Part shown: in pieces, positions 13,975 to 27,300 of the stretch | Layout: each line of letters begins with the position of its first letter | Position numbering within the stretch: position 1 is the first letter of the stretch | Source of the DNA: Chlorokybus atmophyticus | Taxonomy: Eukaryota; Plantae; Mesostigma and Chlorokybus algae | Length of the DNA stretch: 64,000 nt | Direction of reading: 5' to 3' | Assembly (NCBI GenBank): GCA_009103225.1 | Contig: RHPI01002069.1 | Location: 262,702-326,701, forward strand | Program-made: the position numbers and the translations under genes | Notes under the pieces: generated by a model | Databases searched by the model: none | What the model was told of the DNA's origin: nothing | The model's input: the letters and a program-made list of their open reading frames with translations, nothing else

Positions 13975-14368
13975 CCGTATTTGCCCGGATAGAAGCCCCC
14001 CCTTTTTACAGAAGCCCCCCACCCCTTTTAATGAAGGGGGCTTGTATTCGGGGGGGGCTTCTATTGGGAAGGGGGGGCTTCTACTCGGCGCAAGTTACGC
14101 TGTCAACTGGCTGAGTCGCGCGCGATAAGCGTAATCCGACACTTGACGCGCAGGACAGCGTCATTCACGCGCGTCAAGCGTAACCCAGACAGCACAATGC
14201 GGGCATTGAGTCATGGGGGGGCTTGTAAACGGTCGGGGGGGCTTGTAAGTGTGTACACCCCCCCCACCCTTTTTTGCCAGGGGGGCTTGTATNNNNNNNN
14301 NNNNNNNNNNNNNNNNNNNNNNNNNNNNNNNNNNNNNNNNGGGGGGGCTTCTATCCGGGCAAATACGG
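13975..14368. mobile_element. MITE, Tc1/mariner-type (CCGTATTT terminal inverted repeats, TA target duplication)
   Basis: TA|CCGTATTTGCCCGGATAGAAGCCCCCCC (13973-14002) is the exact reverse complement of GGGGGGGCTTCTATCCGGGCAAATACGG|TA (14341-14370). There are several internal GGGGGGCTT(C/G)TA subterminal motifs and no ORF. The element contains a 48-N gap. Confidence 0.8.
14293..14340. other. Assembly gap (48 N)
   Basis: Run of N characters inside the MITE. Confidence 1.
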
Positions 14369-17300
14369 TAGGTGCTTTGTTAACTCAAGATTGCTACCCA
14401 CGTGAATCGTGCTGACTTCAGGCCCTTTGACCTGTTAATTATTAAAGGCCTTTCTCTTGCCAACTAAATACCGACTACCGGTACGTAAAACGCAAAGTTT
14501 AAGTTTACAACATGCCACATGTTACATATACGACATGTATGATACATGGTGAAGGCCTCGAGTGTAAAAATTGTGTTTGCTTGTTCATGCTAGCTTGATC
14601 AAAAATGCATACATGTTGTGTGTTTGAACACTGATCATATGTGTGTGACTTAAGATGACTACAATGTATATGACAATGTATACGACCGCATTGGACAGTA
14701 CATTCTTTGATTAATAATGTGAGTCAATTCAAGAGACGCCACAATATTAACACGGGCCACAACACATGCAGCAAAGAGGAAAGGTAACACCAGCAAAGCA
14801 ATTCAATATGTGTTCAATAACAAAATAGAGCATGACGCAAGTGGTACTGCAACAGCTTTTGTAACGACTCCACGTCGATGCGCTTCAACTGCAATTTATC
14901 GTCCAATGTGGGGCTATCGCTTGCAGTGTAATACATAACGACCACGCGCTTGACCACCCTAGCTCGCGTGAGATTTTCCCTAGACCCTTTAATTCTTTTA
15001 TATCGTGCAAGTTTTATTGGATGTTATGTTATCATTAAACCATCAACTCGGTCATCAGCCAGACGAGGCTACTCCTACAGCTACTGCAATTCACACACGC
15101 TATTACAAGAGACATGGAAGTCCCTGCAAGCAGATTTTATAGGTAGGTCAAGTGATTGATCCACTAAGTTTGTTAGCTATTAATGAGATCGTTCCTACAC
15201 AAGCTATTTGATTTATAGCCAATGGTCAAATTATTGAAGGTCCCTTGGTTCGCACATCATTGCGGCACAAGGGTCATTCATAATTTAAAGTTGCACCACA
15301 TGGATGAAAATCGTCATATTTGCTCACAACCTTTGAATGCGGCGTGCGTTACTGATGGCATGCGGCATGTGGCGTATAAGCGCTTGACTCAAGCGGCGTA
15401 CAATACGCCGCTGTGCGGGGCTGCAAGGGACGACTTGCCATAGCCGGATTTGTAATGGGGCGCGACCGTCAACGAAGAGTGATGGTGGACAAGTTCACAG
15501 ACTGGACTGCCGAGGTAGAATGTCGGACGCTCAAAGTCAATGCACTTATGCTGACTACTTGAAAAAGCCAAGGGAAGTATGATGGATATTCTTGCGTCGC
15601 GAGTCAAGACTCTTGACTCGCGATGCAAGGAGCATCCAACATAAGCTGAAGCAGGTCGACCACGCCGTGACGTGATATTGATGGAAACCATCTACTGTGA
15701 GGTGCAAGATAATCAACGCGACGTTCAAGCTATGCAGTTGGAGCTGCAGCATACACACAACACATCTATTTTTTTCCGCTCAACACGCGTGCATCCATTG
15801 TGTTTTCACATGTGTTCTGGCCAGTCAACGCATAAGAAGTTGCTCCACTAGAGCAACAACGTGAGTGCTTCTGAGTCAGAAGAACCCAACAGTTTAGGTG
15901 TCACATGAGAGCAAGCATTGCGGAAGTTTTATGGCTATCTAGTACCGGTAAGTGCAGCTGAACATCGCTAGCTGCACTCTTTAATAATACTACCGCCTTG
16001 GAATCCACAAATGAATTGATATTTGAGAACTGTTGCGTCACAATTGTGACAACCACTTTGCACAGAGTTTTATAAGTTGAGTGTACAAAAGGTCACATTA
16101 TCGTAACAAATGATAATGTCTTGTGCGTATGTCTGTCCTCATATCGGAGTTGAAGCTGCAACAATGTGCAATCCCTTTTGTGCGCATAGCCGTTGCTATG
16201 TGCTTCCGTGATCAACATGGCATTGTAATTACATTAAACGCAGAGTTTCTCCAGTGTAAACCATTGGAGCGAGCCGCATTTCAACAACATGCAATGCACA
16301 TTGGTTGAAATGCGTCGCGCTTGCATGACTAACACACGAGGCTTTGCAGTGTTTTTGTTTATAAGTTGTTAGCGTCCATTAATATATTACTAAAATATTC
16401 ATTATTTGTGGGTATTAATTATGTTCATGATGTGGGTATGTATTAAAGAATAACATGTAAGGTTATGAGTCATACGAGTCCACTGACAACTTTAACTGAG
16501 TATCAAGTTGCAATTATTTGATTTACATGTTATATTAATGTAAACCAACAAGTGCAAATGATAACATCGCATTATGTTAGCAGATGTTATCTTTTGCAAT
16601 ATCTGACTATCAAACATACAATACAATACCGTCAACATGGCATGTTGATGTTTACAATATCAATGTTAAGACTACTCATGTGGTTTGGTTAATTGCGCGC
16701 ATATGAGCCGTTTGTTGATTTTGCAAATGCAACAATTACTTAGCTATAAATTTGTATACCATTTGGTATTTTCACACAATCGATTCAAGGTAGTAAATGT
16801 AAGGTTTGTGTCAAAGCACTTAACTATGTCTTGCTACCAGCACGCCTTAGCAGACACACTTGTGTTCAATGCGGGCATGTCTTGTGCATAAGGTGCATTG
16901 GAGTGCATGATCATTGTGGTGCTGCGTGGCTATATATAGTGACAGAACTGGCAGTACATCTGTAAGCAAAGAGATGAAGTGCATTGGTACAGCAAGCACG
17001 CACGGAATAACATTCAGAACTAGGAGGGAGCCTAGACCAGCGCTTGGCTACCAACGCTAGACCATGTTAGAACGGGACGCTAGCACAGCAGGAGCAAGCA
17101 TGCAAGAGGGGTAGGGACGCAAGGTTGCAAGAGGAGCAGAGGGAGCAACCACCTGCGCAGAGCCGTGGTCGTGAGTCTGTATCTTAACCATTGCTACTTT
17201 GAAGGAGTTGTCCGCCTGGCACCGCTGCTGCGCAATGCGTCTTCGGCTGTGATGTGTGTGCGGATAAGCATGTTGGCAGCACTGACGGCCAACACTTGCG

Positions 17301-18305
17301 TGTCATGATAATAGAGGGGTGTGTCTGCGCTCCATCATTGCTGTATGGTGTGATGTATGCTGTGATGGTATCATGCTCAGCACTACTACACTGAGTGTAG
17401 TACTAGGCTACACGCAATCATTTGCACGGTCTTGCCTTGGTTATGCCAATGTTTTTGGATATGATGACATTGCGCTGTGCCCGGAAGGGAGGAGAGAAGA
17501 CCAAAGACGGGAGTGGGGTGGTGAAGCGAGAGAGATGGGGCTGAGAGCCTGACTGCCGTTGTGACTGCCGCTACTGTGCTGCCGACACACTAACTGGAGA
17601 GCGATGTTTACAGGTATCTACAACTGCGTGAGCATGCATGTGTTGGCGTTCATTGCCATTGCGCTGTACATTTATGTCCGCATGCGTCAGTCAGTCCGTC
17701 ACTCAGTTTTGCCTATGCATGACTTATAGGGTAGTCAAGTCATAAGATTAGCGGTAGAAAGTAGGCGGGATGAAAGTTCGCTTGACTCAGTGTTGGTGGG
17801 CATGTGTACAAGAGATAGCATGCTTGATTAGAGGCATGCATGGTTTCAGGCACATGCAGTGTCGTGCATAGTATGGCACACAGCACATCAAGTCTCCTGC
17901 CAACACTTTGCTTACTCACCACCGGTTGTGAAAGACGAGGATAACATGCACTACTACACATGATGCAAATACGGCGCCTTCCTACGTACAAGCATAACAA
18001 CACCAAGCGAGCAGCTGCCCAAACTTACTGTCACAATAGTTACTCACGGGACTCATAGCCACTGTCTCAGCAACTGATCCACATGCACTACCAACTCGTA
18101 ACCCTGTCCTGTACAAGATTCTATGCTGAGCGGTGTCAGTGGACTGGTCCTATAACTACAAGGTTGACATTATTCAATATGCCTACGTGGCCAAACTGTG
18201 AAAATGCCACAGTTGCTACCTCATCTAAATATAATGCACAGCAATTTACAACGTGAGTGTCTACTAACCCTGAACGCGCGCATGTACACGGATTGCAACC
18301 ACACG

Positions 18306-21300
18306 TCACAAACCAGAGTGCTCAGGTGAAAGGTGCTCTAAGCGTGCAGAGGGGCTCTGATCTCTCTTGCCACTGTTTTCCTCCCTGGCCCATTCCTCAG
18401 CGGACCTGAGCTCAGCATGCACACGCTTGAGCTCCTGGTCGCAGACCTTCATCAACTGATCTGCCAAGGGAGGGATGTCGGGGTGTCTCGAGTCGTTGTA
18501 CTTGTGCGCGTTCTTCACGATCTGCTTGACATGCTTCCTGAAACGAGAGCCGCTGGAGTACACCTGCTTGCGCACATTCGCCTGGATGGTCTCCAGGTCC
18601 ATGGGCTTGGTGACAATGCTGTAGTAGTCTGGTACTGCCGCAGGCACGGGCAGGTGAAACAGCAGAGAATACGGGCTCTTGATCATCCTGATGAGAACCC
18701 GATCAAGTATGCGGGAGACAGCCTCCTTTCCAGTTGCCGGGGGTTGTTCGCGCTCTTCTTCAGCCTCAGCATCCCCCGTGTCCACCTCCCAAGCAGCCAG
18801 CTGGCTCCTTGCTTTGGCGAGCTCTGCATCTACCATCTCCAGCAGCTGATCGGCCAGAGGCGGTATGCCAGGGTTACGCCCGTCGTTGTACTCATGCGCA
18901 TTGTCCACAAGCTGCTTTACATCACGCCGGAACGCTTTCTGGTTTTGGTAATGTTGTTTGTCTGCATTCGCTTTAATCTTTGTCAACCACACGGGCCTGC
19001 CAAAGGCCACAAAGTGTAAACAGCGCATGTACATACGTACAATTAACGACGACAAGGGTGAACGCAGCAACACAGTGCACAACCACCATTTGTTCAAGGA
19101 GAAGCAGTGCACATATGCATGGGGCAATAAAGAACAGCTTGCAGAGCATATTTTATCAGCATACCTCCTGATCAGCAAATGGTAGTCAGTAGCCTCCTCC
19201 TTGCTGACAGGATTCCGAAAGATTTCATACATTCCAACTCGCAGCAACTTTTCGATAATGCTGCGGAACAAGCCGGACAACTTGACGAGGTTGCCTGCGG
19301 AGGTGGAGGGCGGCTGCGAGGAGATGTCATGCAGTTGCTGTGATTGAGACCAGGGCTGCTGAGACTGAGACCGCGATCGCTGATGCGACTGCGACCGGCC
19401 TGGCAGTGATTCGGAGACTGTTGATGCGGCTGGCGGTGCTAGGGTTGTCTGTGATGAGGGCGGGCGCTCTTGCTTGATCTTGAATACGCGTTGAGGTGGC
19501 GGCTGTGGTTGAGAACTTTCCGGCCGGGGCGGGAGTGAGCGCCGCTTTACTGGCGGTGGCTCAACCACCGCACCTTCATCCTCAACCTCCGCAAGCTCAG
19601 CATCAATGCGTTCGAGCTGATGGTCGCAAAACTCAAGCATCCTGTCTGCCATGTGCGCAACATCCGGGTTGCTCTCATCATTGTAGGCATGCGCATTGTC
19701 AACAATAAGCTTGACATCTGCTCTGAATTGATGCCGATTTGCATACTTGTTCTCCCGATTTCGACGCCTAAAACACAGATGGCGGCGTTAGAAAATCTCC
19801 AAGTAACATGACCAGGTACACACCAAAAGTACCTGACAGTGGCCAAATCCATGGGTCTTGCAATGCGCTGCCGGTAGTCGGGAAATTCCTTGTCTTTGAC
19901 AGGCATCCGGAAGTAGTAGGAGCTTTCGTGGTCTCGCATCGCAGCTACGACACTATCAAGCAACATGACAAGCTTCTCCCTCTGCTTCTGTCGTGGCTGG
20001 GTAACATCGTCATCACCTTCAGGCTCAACCTGCGGCATTCAGTCTCAATGCATGAATGACTGCTGCTGTGGGCTTGCAACCAAATGCAACCCGCAGTATC
20101 ATCACCAGCCGCTGTAGTGAGCAAAGCCCCTTACTGTTATTCTTGACCTGACACGCTGCACGCTAAAAATAGCAATTACCTTGGTCAATTCCTGATCCCG
20201 CTGTGCCAGCTCAGCATCACAAAGCTCAAGAAGCCTGTCAGCTAACGGGAGCACCCCAGGATTCCTCTTTTCATTGTAGGTGTAAGCATTGTCGCGTATC
20301 AACTTGACATCAGCTCTAAAATCGGATCTTAGGGTGTACTTGAACTGCCGCACCTGATGTCATTCACAGATGATGTGTGAGCTGCACTGATGCCGGCTTG
20401 TGTAAAAATGGCGAGAGCTCATGCTCCATCAAGCAAGCAATCAACACCTTTTCCTTCATTGTCGACAAATCCATGGGATGTCGAATGATGCTGAAGTAGT
20501 CTGGCAGCTCCTTCCGCAGAACTGGAGTGCGGAAGAATACAGAGCAGTCGCTGCCGAAAAGCGCATTGATCACTGGCTCCAGTACATTGGCTAAGCCCAC
20601 GACATCACCACCATTGCGCTTGCGAGCTCTCTTGGCCTTGTTCATGCTGCTTGGGCTTTGCAGGCTTTGGCTGTCATCTGCACTCAAGAAAACGTACTGA
20701 TGAGTCCGCAGCAACTGCTGCAATTGCAAACTGCATACCACTGCAGCACACTGATACTAACCAGAGTCGTCCTCTCTCTCCCTAACTCTCTTCTTCTTGG
20801 AGCCATTCATAAAAGATGGCAGCGAAGTTGCGCCAACCTTTACTTTCAACTTAACTTCTGGACCAGCTTGAGTAGGTGTGCTAAGACCTGGAAGCAGCAC
20901 ATCTCACACATCCAGCTTACGATGTTGTGCCAAGGCAGCCACATGCAAGCAGGCGTCAAAGTAGCATCATACCTGATCGCTTGGCTGTGAGCGTGAACTT
21001 TGTGCCATCCACCTTCACAAGTTCATCTGCATCCATGCCCTTCAGTGGGCAGATACCGTCTGTGCGAATATGTCCTTGCTGCACAGTGTTGCCCCACAAG
21101 ATAATTAGTTTCTACGCACAACTGATTCAGGAGCACTGGCAGTACAGCTTGACCATGCATCTCACCTGTCCACAAGCGCCACATATGACCACAGCTGGGG
21201 GTTTTCCATTCATGGTTGCTTTCAAAAACACCTGCAGAGAAACGACAACTCAGATGCACAGGTACAGTTCAGTGAGTACACAATTGTAAGCAGGCGAGAA

Positions 21301-24300
21301 GCTCTTAGCACATCAGGCTCACTTTCTTTGCACTGGCCACAGCTTTCGCAGGTTTGTTGGTCGCCTTTGGAGAGGTGACTGCTGCCCCGCCTCTTTTCTT
21401 TTCAAGTATCTTTGCAACCTGTGAACATTCAACCAAGCCTGCTAGTGTCATACCTGGTTGCACGCTCAATGCTCCACACCAACACAAATCAACAGCAGTA
21501 CCTCTTCGGGGTCAGTAACAAACTCAACCCTCTCGGTAACCGTTCCATCAGGGTTTTTCCTTTTTATAATTCGCTTGATGCGTGTAACCTTCTTGCTTGG
21601 CCTTGGGATTGAGGGTGGTGTCGCAGGGGGTTTGCTCTTTTCGCGATCCTTTTGCCTGTCGTCCTGCAGCATCTTGCGCAATTCCGCTGCATGCTTGATT
21701 TCATCCGCCATATCATCCTCGGGCTCCTCCTGAGGCTTCTTCTTTTTCTTTGCAACATGGAGCCTGAGAGAACAGTCTTGTCACCATAAAAGCATGCAGC
21801 ACATGCGCCTTTGAGCTGAGTGTATAGAAAGCGCAACAGCCAATACCCTTCTGTCGCCTTCGGCTTTGCTTCCTCGTCACTGGCTGCGAGTAAGTCCTCC
21901 AGATCTTTGTCAAAGTCACCAAACTCAGCGTCCATGTCACTGAAGCTGTCCTTGTCACCACTTTCAACCATGAAGGATGACAGCACCTATCACATGATCA
22001 ACGTGTGTATACACACACAGCCACGGCAAGCACAATGGCTAGGCCAAGCGTCCCTGGTTGCTGTCACTTACCTGCGCTTGCTTGTCAAAGATTGCTTGAC
22101 AATGCTCTCGGTTGTGCTGTTGATTGTGCACAATAGAAGCAGAACTCCTGTTTCCGCGTGCATACTTGCTGAGTGCCGCAGCGCCAGTGAACTCGCCTGC
22201 CAATCAACCCCTAACAATCACACACTGCAAGTGCACAATCAACAGGAAATGCCAGATGCACCTACGTGTAAGACCTTGAATGCGTGCAATACCTGTAGCA
22301 GCAGCGGCTGCTGCAGCTGCACCAGACATCTCCCGGACTAGCCCGATGCGCTGCCAGCGGGTGAGACCAGCAATGCGTTTCTCAGGTACTCCAAACTTCA
22401 ACAACACCTGCAAACAGCATGTGTCAACAGGCAGCACACCAGCTCTGCGTAGTAGTTACATCTGTTGCGTAACAGATCGCACCTCTCGGGCGGCATCCAT
22501 ACTCAGCCGACGCAAATCAGCGTCTGTACCCGTCACACTGCCACTTTCACGCAACAGTTTCTTAGCAGCAACTGGCAGCTTTGGACGCTTCGGGGGTGCA
22601 ACTTGCAAGTAACTAAAGCCGTGGCCGTGGCCTGAGGGGTCACCGCTCCCTGTGATCTGCATGGCCAATTTTCCCTGCAGCAGCACGAAGTTTGATACCA
22701 AGCAGACGACCAAGGAACAGTCAGATGGCAACAGATCATGAGCTGTGCAAATTACAAGTGTCTTTGCAGATGACAGCTACCTGCATTGCCGCCATGAAGT
22801 TGCTGGTGAGGTTCCATGATGACATCTGAAGCTCGTTATCTATCAATTCTGCCGCTGCTTTTAGGTCAGCAGGCTCGGCTGGCAGCTGGGGTATAGCATC
22901 GTTTATGCCAATATGTGACGTCAGCTTGTTTACGCCTGCAAACCAATGCAGTCGGTCAATTTCCTTGAACCAACATTATCGTCGTCTCCACTATGATGCA
23001 AGCTCAAATTGTAGGTCCTTCCAGGAGCCAAGGGCTGGCAGATGCCGCCATATCAATGTGTCACAATGTGCCAGACTTCATTGCAAGTACCAACGCCATT
23101 CATGATTCATTACCGTGCACCTGGAACAAGCACTGGCTTACCATATGCACGCAGGCGATCCACCCCGGTGAGCATGCTTTCATAAGCACAGACCATATCA
23201 GGTGACACCATCTTTCTGAGCTCTTCCTCACTGGGCAACTGGAAGCCGCGCTTGAGCACAAACTGTCTGTCTTCGTCGTAGTAATCAGCACAGTCCCTCA
23301 GGCGCTTCCTGATGGCCATCTCGTTCAAGGCAGGGAAATGGCGTTGCAAATCTCGCAGCTTGATGCCAACCACCTTGGATGCAGATTTCCGGTTCTGGAG
23401 TGATGCAGGAGCATTGACAGACAGATCGCGATGAACATGCAATACCTTTGGGTAGCTCAACATAATACAATAAAACTCACAACAAAGCAAACCTTCGCAC
23501 GGTCCTCCTCTTGTTGCTGTGATAGTGTACGAAACTCCCGGTATGCATGCACAAGCAGGTAGTTACTCACAAACAGCAAGGTACTTTTCCCGCCAGGAGG
23601 GAACACCTCCAAGTGAGGTTCTTGCTGCAAGTACATGCCCATGTAAGCAATGTACCGTAAGCAAGGTAACCACCACCAGAGTAGCGCCAATTACAACCCC
23701 CACCTGGCCTACAACATGTACACTGTTGATCTCGCGAAGAAGCCACTTGCCGCTGGATGTGCGCACTAGTAAGAAGTCCGTGACAGGAACTGTGTGTGCA
23801 AAGATCGGGGCATGATACATGTTGGTCTCTAGGCACGCCTGACTTTGCCCTGGTGCAACGTTTGCCAGAAACGGGGAATCTTCCTCAGGCGCCAAAGGAA
23901 TGACAGTTCCCACATCGCCTGCCAGGTTGGATGCGCCTGTGTCATTCGCACTGGTCTTGGAGTAATACGTGACATACTTAGCACCCATGCCAATGTTGCT
24001 GAGAAGTAGCGGATGTTCTTCGGAGTATTCCATCAGCCTGATGTGTCCTGGCGTCTTGCCGGACATGTCTGACAGTTTGCGAAAGGCTCCACCGCCCATG
24101 GAGGTTGGATGCTTGGGCTGCGTGTCGACACAGCCAATAACCTCATCCACAGCAGTGCTTGCAATACGATTGCTGTAACTACGCAGGAATAGCAGCTAGC
24201 AAGAGGTAGAAAGGTGCTGACACTAGAGTAGTGCACTCCTGTCAACTGTGCATGAATGGCATATGTAAGTCACAAATGCTGCTTCAATACATGTAAAAAG

Positions 24301-27300
24301 GTACCTTGCTGGGGTCAAACTGTGCTTGCGCTGCCTTAACAAGGAGCTGCACGCGTTCTGCCACAACATATAACGTGCTCCCTGGGGCGATGCTGAGGGC
24401 AGAAAGCGTCGCATCATCTGGCAACTGCTGGCCCATGTAGTACAAGTGAAGTGGCTTTGCACGTTTCAGCTCTTTCCACTTCTTCTTGATTTTTTGCTTG
24501 ACCATCGCAACGGTATCCGCAATTTTGCACTTGAGGTTGAGCGCCTTGTCCACAAGGCTTTTCAACTGCAAATAAGAGCAGTAAACAACAAGTCAAACAA
24601 CAGTTTACTGAAAACGATGATCAGCGCCAGCCAGAAGAAGTTTGATGCTCACCTTGAGTTGAACATCCTCGGAGCTTTTACCCTCTCGCTTGCTTGCCTT
24701 CTTGTGCGCATGCTTCTTCTTTGTCAACGGAACAACCAACACAGCCTTTGGCCGATGAAATCGAGATGGATTTTTCTGTGACCGAAGCTGTGCGCAGGTC
24801 GTTTTGAGTAGCAGTGCGGGCTTTGAGTGGAACACGCGTCGCATATCCATGCCCTTTTGCTTGGTTTTCACCTTCCGCACGACCTTGCCATAGTAGCGGT
24901 CATTGGAGATGTTCAACTGCGACTCAATGTTGGCCAGTGGCGCGGTCTTCGCCTCCTTGCGAGAAACCACTGTGATCGCCGATCTGGATCGTTCAGCCAG
25001 CATCCTGCCCTCTGGCGTATCTGCTGCCTCAAATACCATTGCAGGGTCACTTAGATCCCACAAAATCGGTTTTGGCAAACTTGATGTAGGGCTGCTGGCC
25101 ATACTGCCTTGCCAATCAACATGCTTGAGCCACTCTGCTGTCACATGTTGAGATTCATGGCGCAGTCTGCAATCTGCGTTGTTGAGGCCCTGCTGTGCGC
25201 TTTGTGGAGCGTCAGGTTGGGCTGCATTGCCCTGACCGCCGCTGGGCAATCGAGTCAGCGCACTTGAGTCAGCGAGATTGGTATGCAATCTCAGCAACTG
25301 CTCATGGAAGACGCGGCGCTCGTCTGGGCCACTGTCAACTGCAGTACGACTGAGCTCCTCGCAGACAGCGAGAGAAATGAGATTGTCACTGTTGTCAGCC
25401 AGCTGCTTCATACTGATGTCACCATCAGTCTCAGCAACCAGTTCCATGCTCGCATGCGTTGCTTCTGCAGTAAGCATATCATCCGTGCCGGTTGCAGCGC
25501 TCGTTTCCAGAACTTGCTGCAATCTTTGCTTGAAGTCCTTCTTCTTTGCTTTCTTGTCTTTCTTGTCTTTTTGCGCAACCACCTGAATGACTTCACCGTC
25601 CTCCAACTCCAACTCTTCAGGTTCGAGGATTGGAACACAGGCAGGCTTTTCGTCATCAGATATGATATTGTTCTCCCAATTGCTAAGACAGACTGCATTG
25701 AAGATTTCAAGTGGTACTTGCGCCATCAGAGCCCCTCCTTCAAATGGTCTGAGAGGCAGCGATGATGGCATTCGCTCCGAAAATGGACTTGCGCGATGCG
25801 CTGCACATCCAGTAATGCACTAAGTTTCCATCACATGCATATCGCCACACGTGCAGTCTGACACCAGCCTACATGCTATACCAGGGCAAGGGACATGGGC
25901 CGTAATTACAGATGTTTCAGAGTCTTCCTGCAACTGTTGACAAACCGCCTCAGGAGAGACTGAGGAGAGTAGCGCAGCATCGTCCTCAACATCAAGTTGA
26001 GGTGTGTCACGAGTTATGGCTGCGCACGCACAACTGCAATGTCAACATAGATGCAGCGTGCATACCTGTATTGATAACAGGTTGCCTTTCTAGATGGCCA
26101 TGTCTCCGTGTCAGATGTAGACACTCCCTGTGCTGTACTGCAGCAACTAACCTGGCAGGCGATGCTTCTTTTTCCTCCTGAAGGGCTTTGGCTGTACATG
26201 GAACAGCTCAGAAAACCTGAGCACGACGTTGTTTCCGTCTCGGTACAACTCGGGAAAGGGTTGCTCAAAGTCAAAGACGGGCTGTTTTCCCTTCTCAACC
26301 TTGGTTTCGTCAGCAGCTTCCAATTGCTCAAAAATGTCGCGCAGAGCCTAGCAAGGACCAGTCGTGAGCCACACCTTGATGGGAGACTCGACTACTCCTG
26401 GAAAACCCTTGACTGTACTGCGCTAGCAACCGGAGGTATTTGTTTGGAACAGTTGGCACCTGATCGTGACGGTCGGCATCATCCGCTTCCTTCTGTGGTG
26501 TCGCCGGTTCCGCTGCGTGCAGCAAGACTTGAGTTGAAGCTGCTTTAACAATGAAAAAGCACAAAGAACGCCATGTGTGCAGGTTTGTATGCTGACTGTA
26601 TACTTTGCCATCTTGCGCACCTGCCAGACCAGACTTTACACGCAGTTCATGAAGGACTTGATCTTCTTGTGTGTCATAATCATCCTCGTCAACGCCAACT
26701 ACTCGTGCTGATTGCAGTGCATTAGCGCTGAGTGCACTCTGTTGAAGGTACTGTTGCGGTACAATGGGTTGCTCTTCGGCAAGTTCGTTGATGTCTTCAT
26801 AATTGATGGCCTCCGCATCTTTCACGTCATAATCTGCAAGAACAGCAAGTTGTACATTTGGAGCTGCGACAGCAGCACACCTCTGCACTGCTTTGCCTTG
26901 GTACGCACTAGGACTTGTGTGAGCATTTGTGTGCGCGTGCAATGACACAGCTGCTGAAACCAATGGTGATGCCATGATAGCCGCACTACAATATGGGAAA
27001 CCATACATCCACTGCGTACCTTCTTCCTCAGCTTGGGGTGCAGGCTTGTCCCCTGACAAGTCCTGCAAGGGGTTGACAAAGCAAATGATGAGCCACAGCG
27101 AAGCACGTTGCACAACCTGCCCTGCACTGAGGTAACTCACCTGAATGGTGATGATGGACGAGCCGATCCTGGAAGACAGATCTGCGAGGTGCGCCTTGGC
27201 ATCCTATGAAACACACCACGCACATTAACAGCACGCTTCACCAACACACGGAGCAGGTAAACTTGACACAACGGAATGTTTGGGTGCAGGACTTGGGGTC

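Noticed and set aside
14400-17300. Endogenous viral or transposase remnants in the AT-rich gene-free tract
   Set aside because: The short ORFs show no motif I can recognise; a tBLASTx search would be needed.
24284-24571. Ubiquitin-like domain inside TAF1 as a novelty
   Set aside because: Already known for plant TAF1; it only supports the green-lineage assignment.
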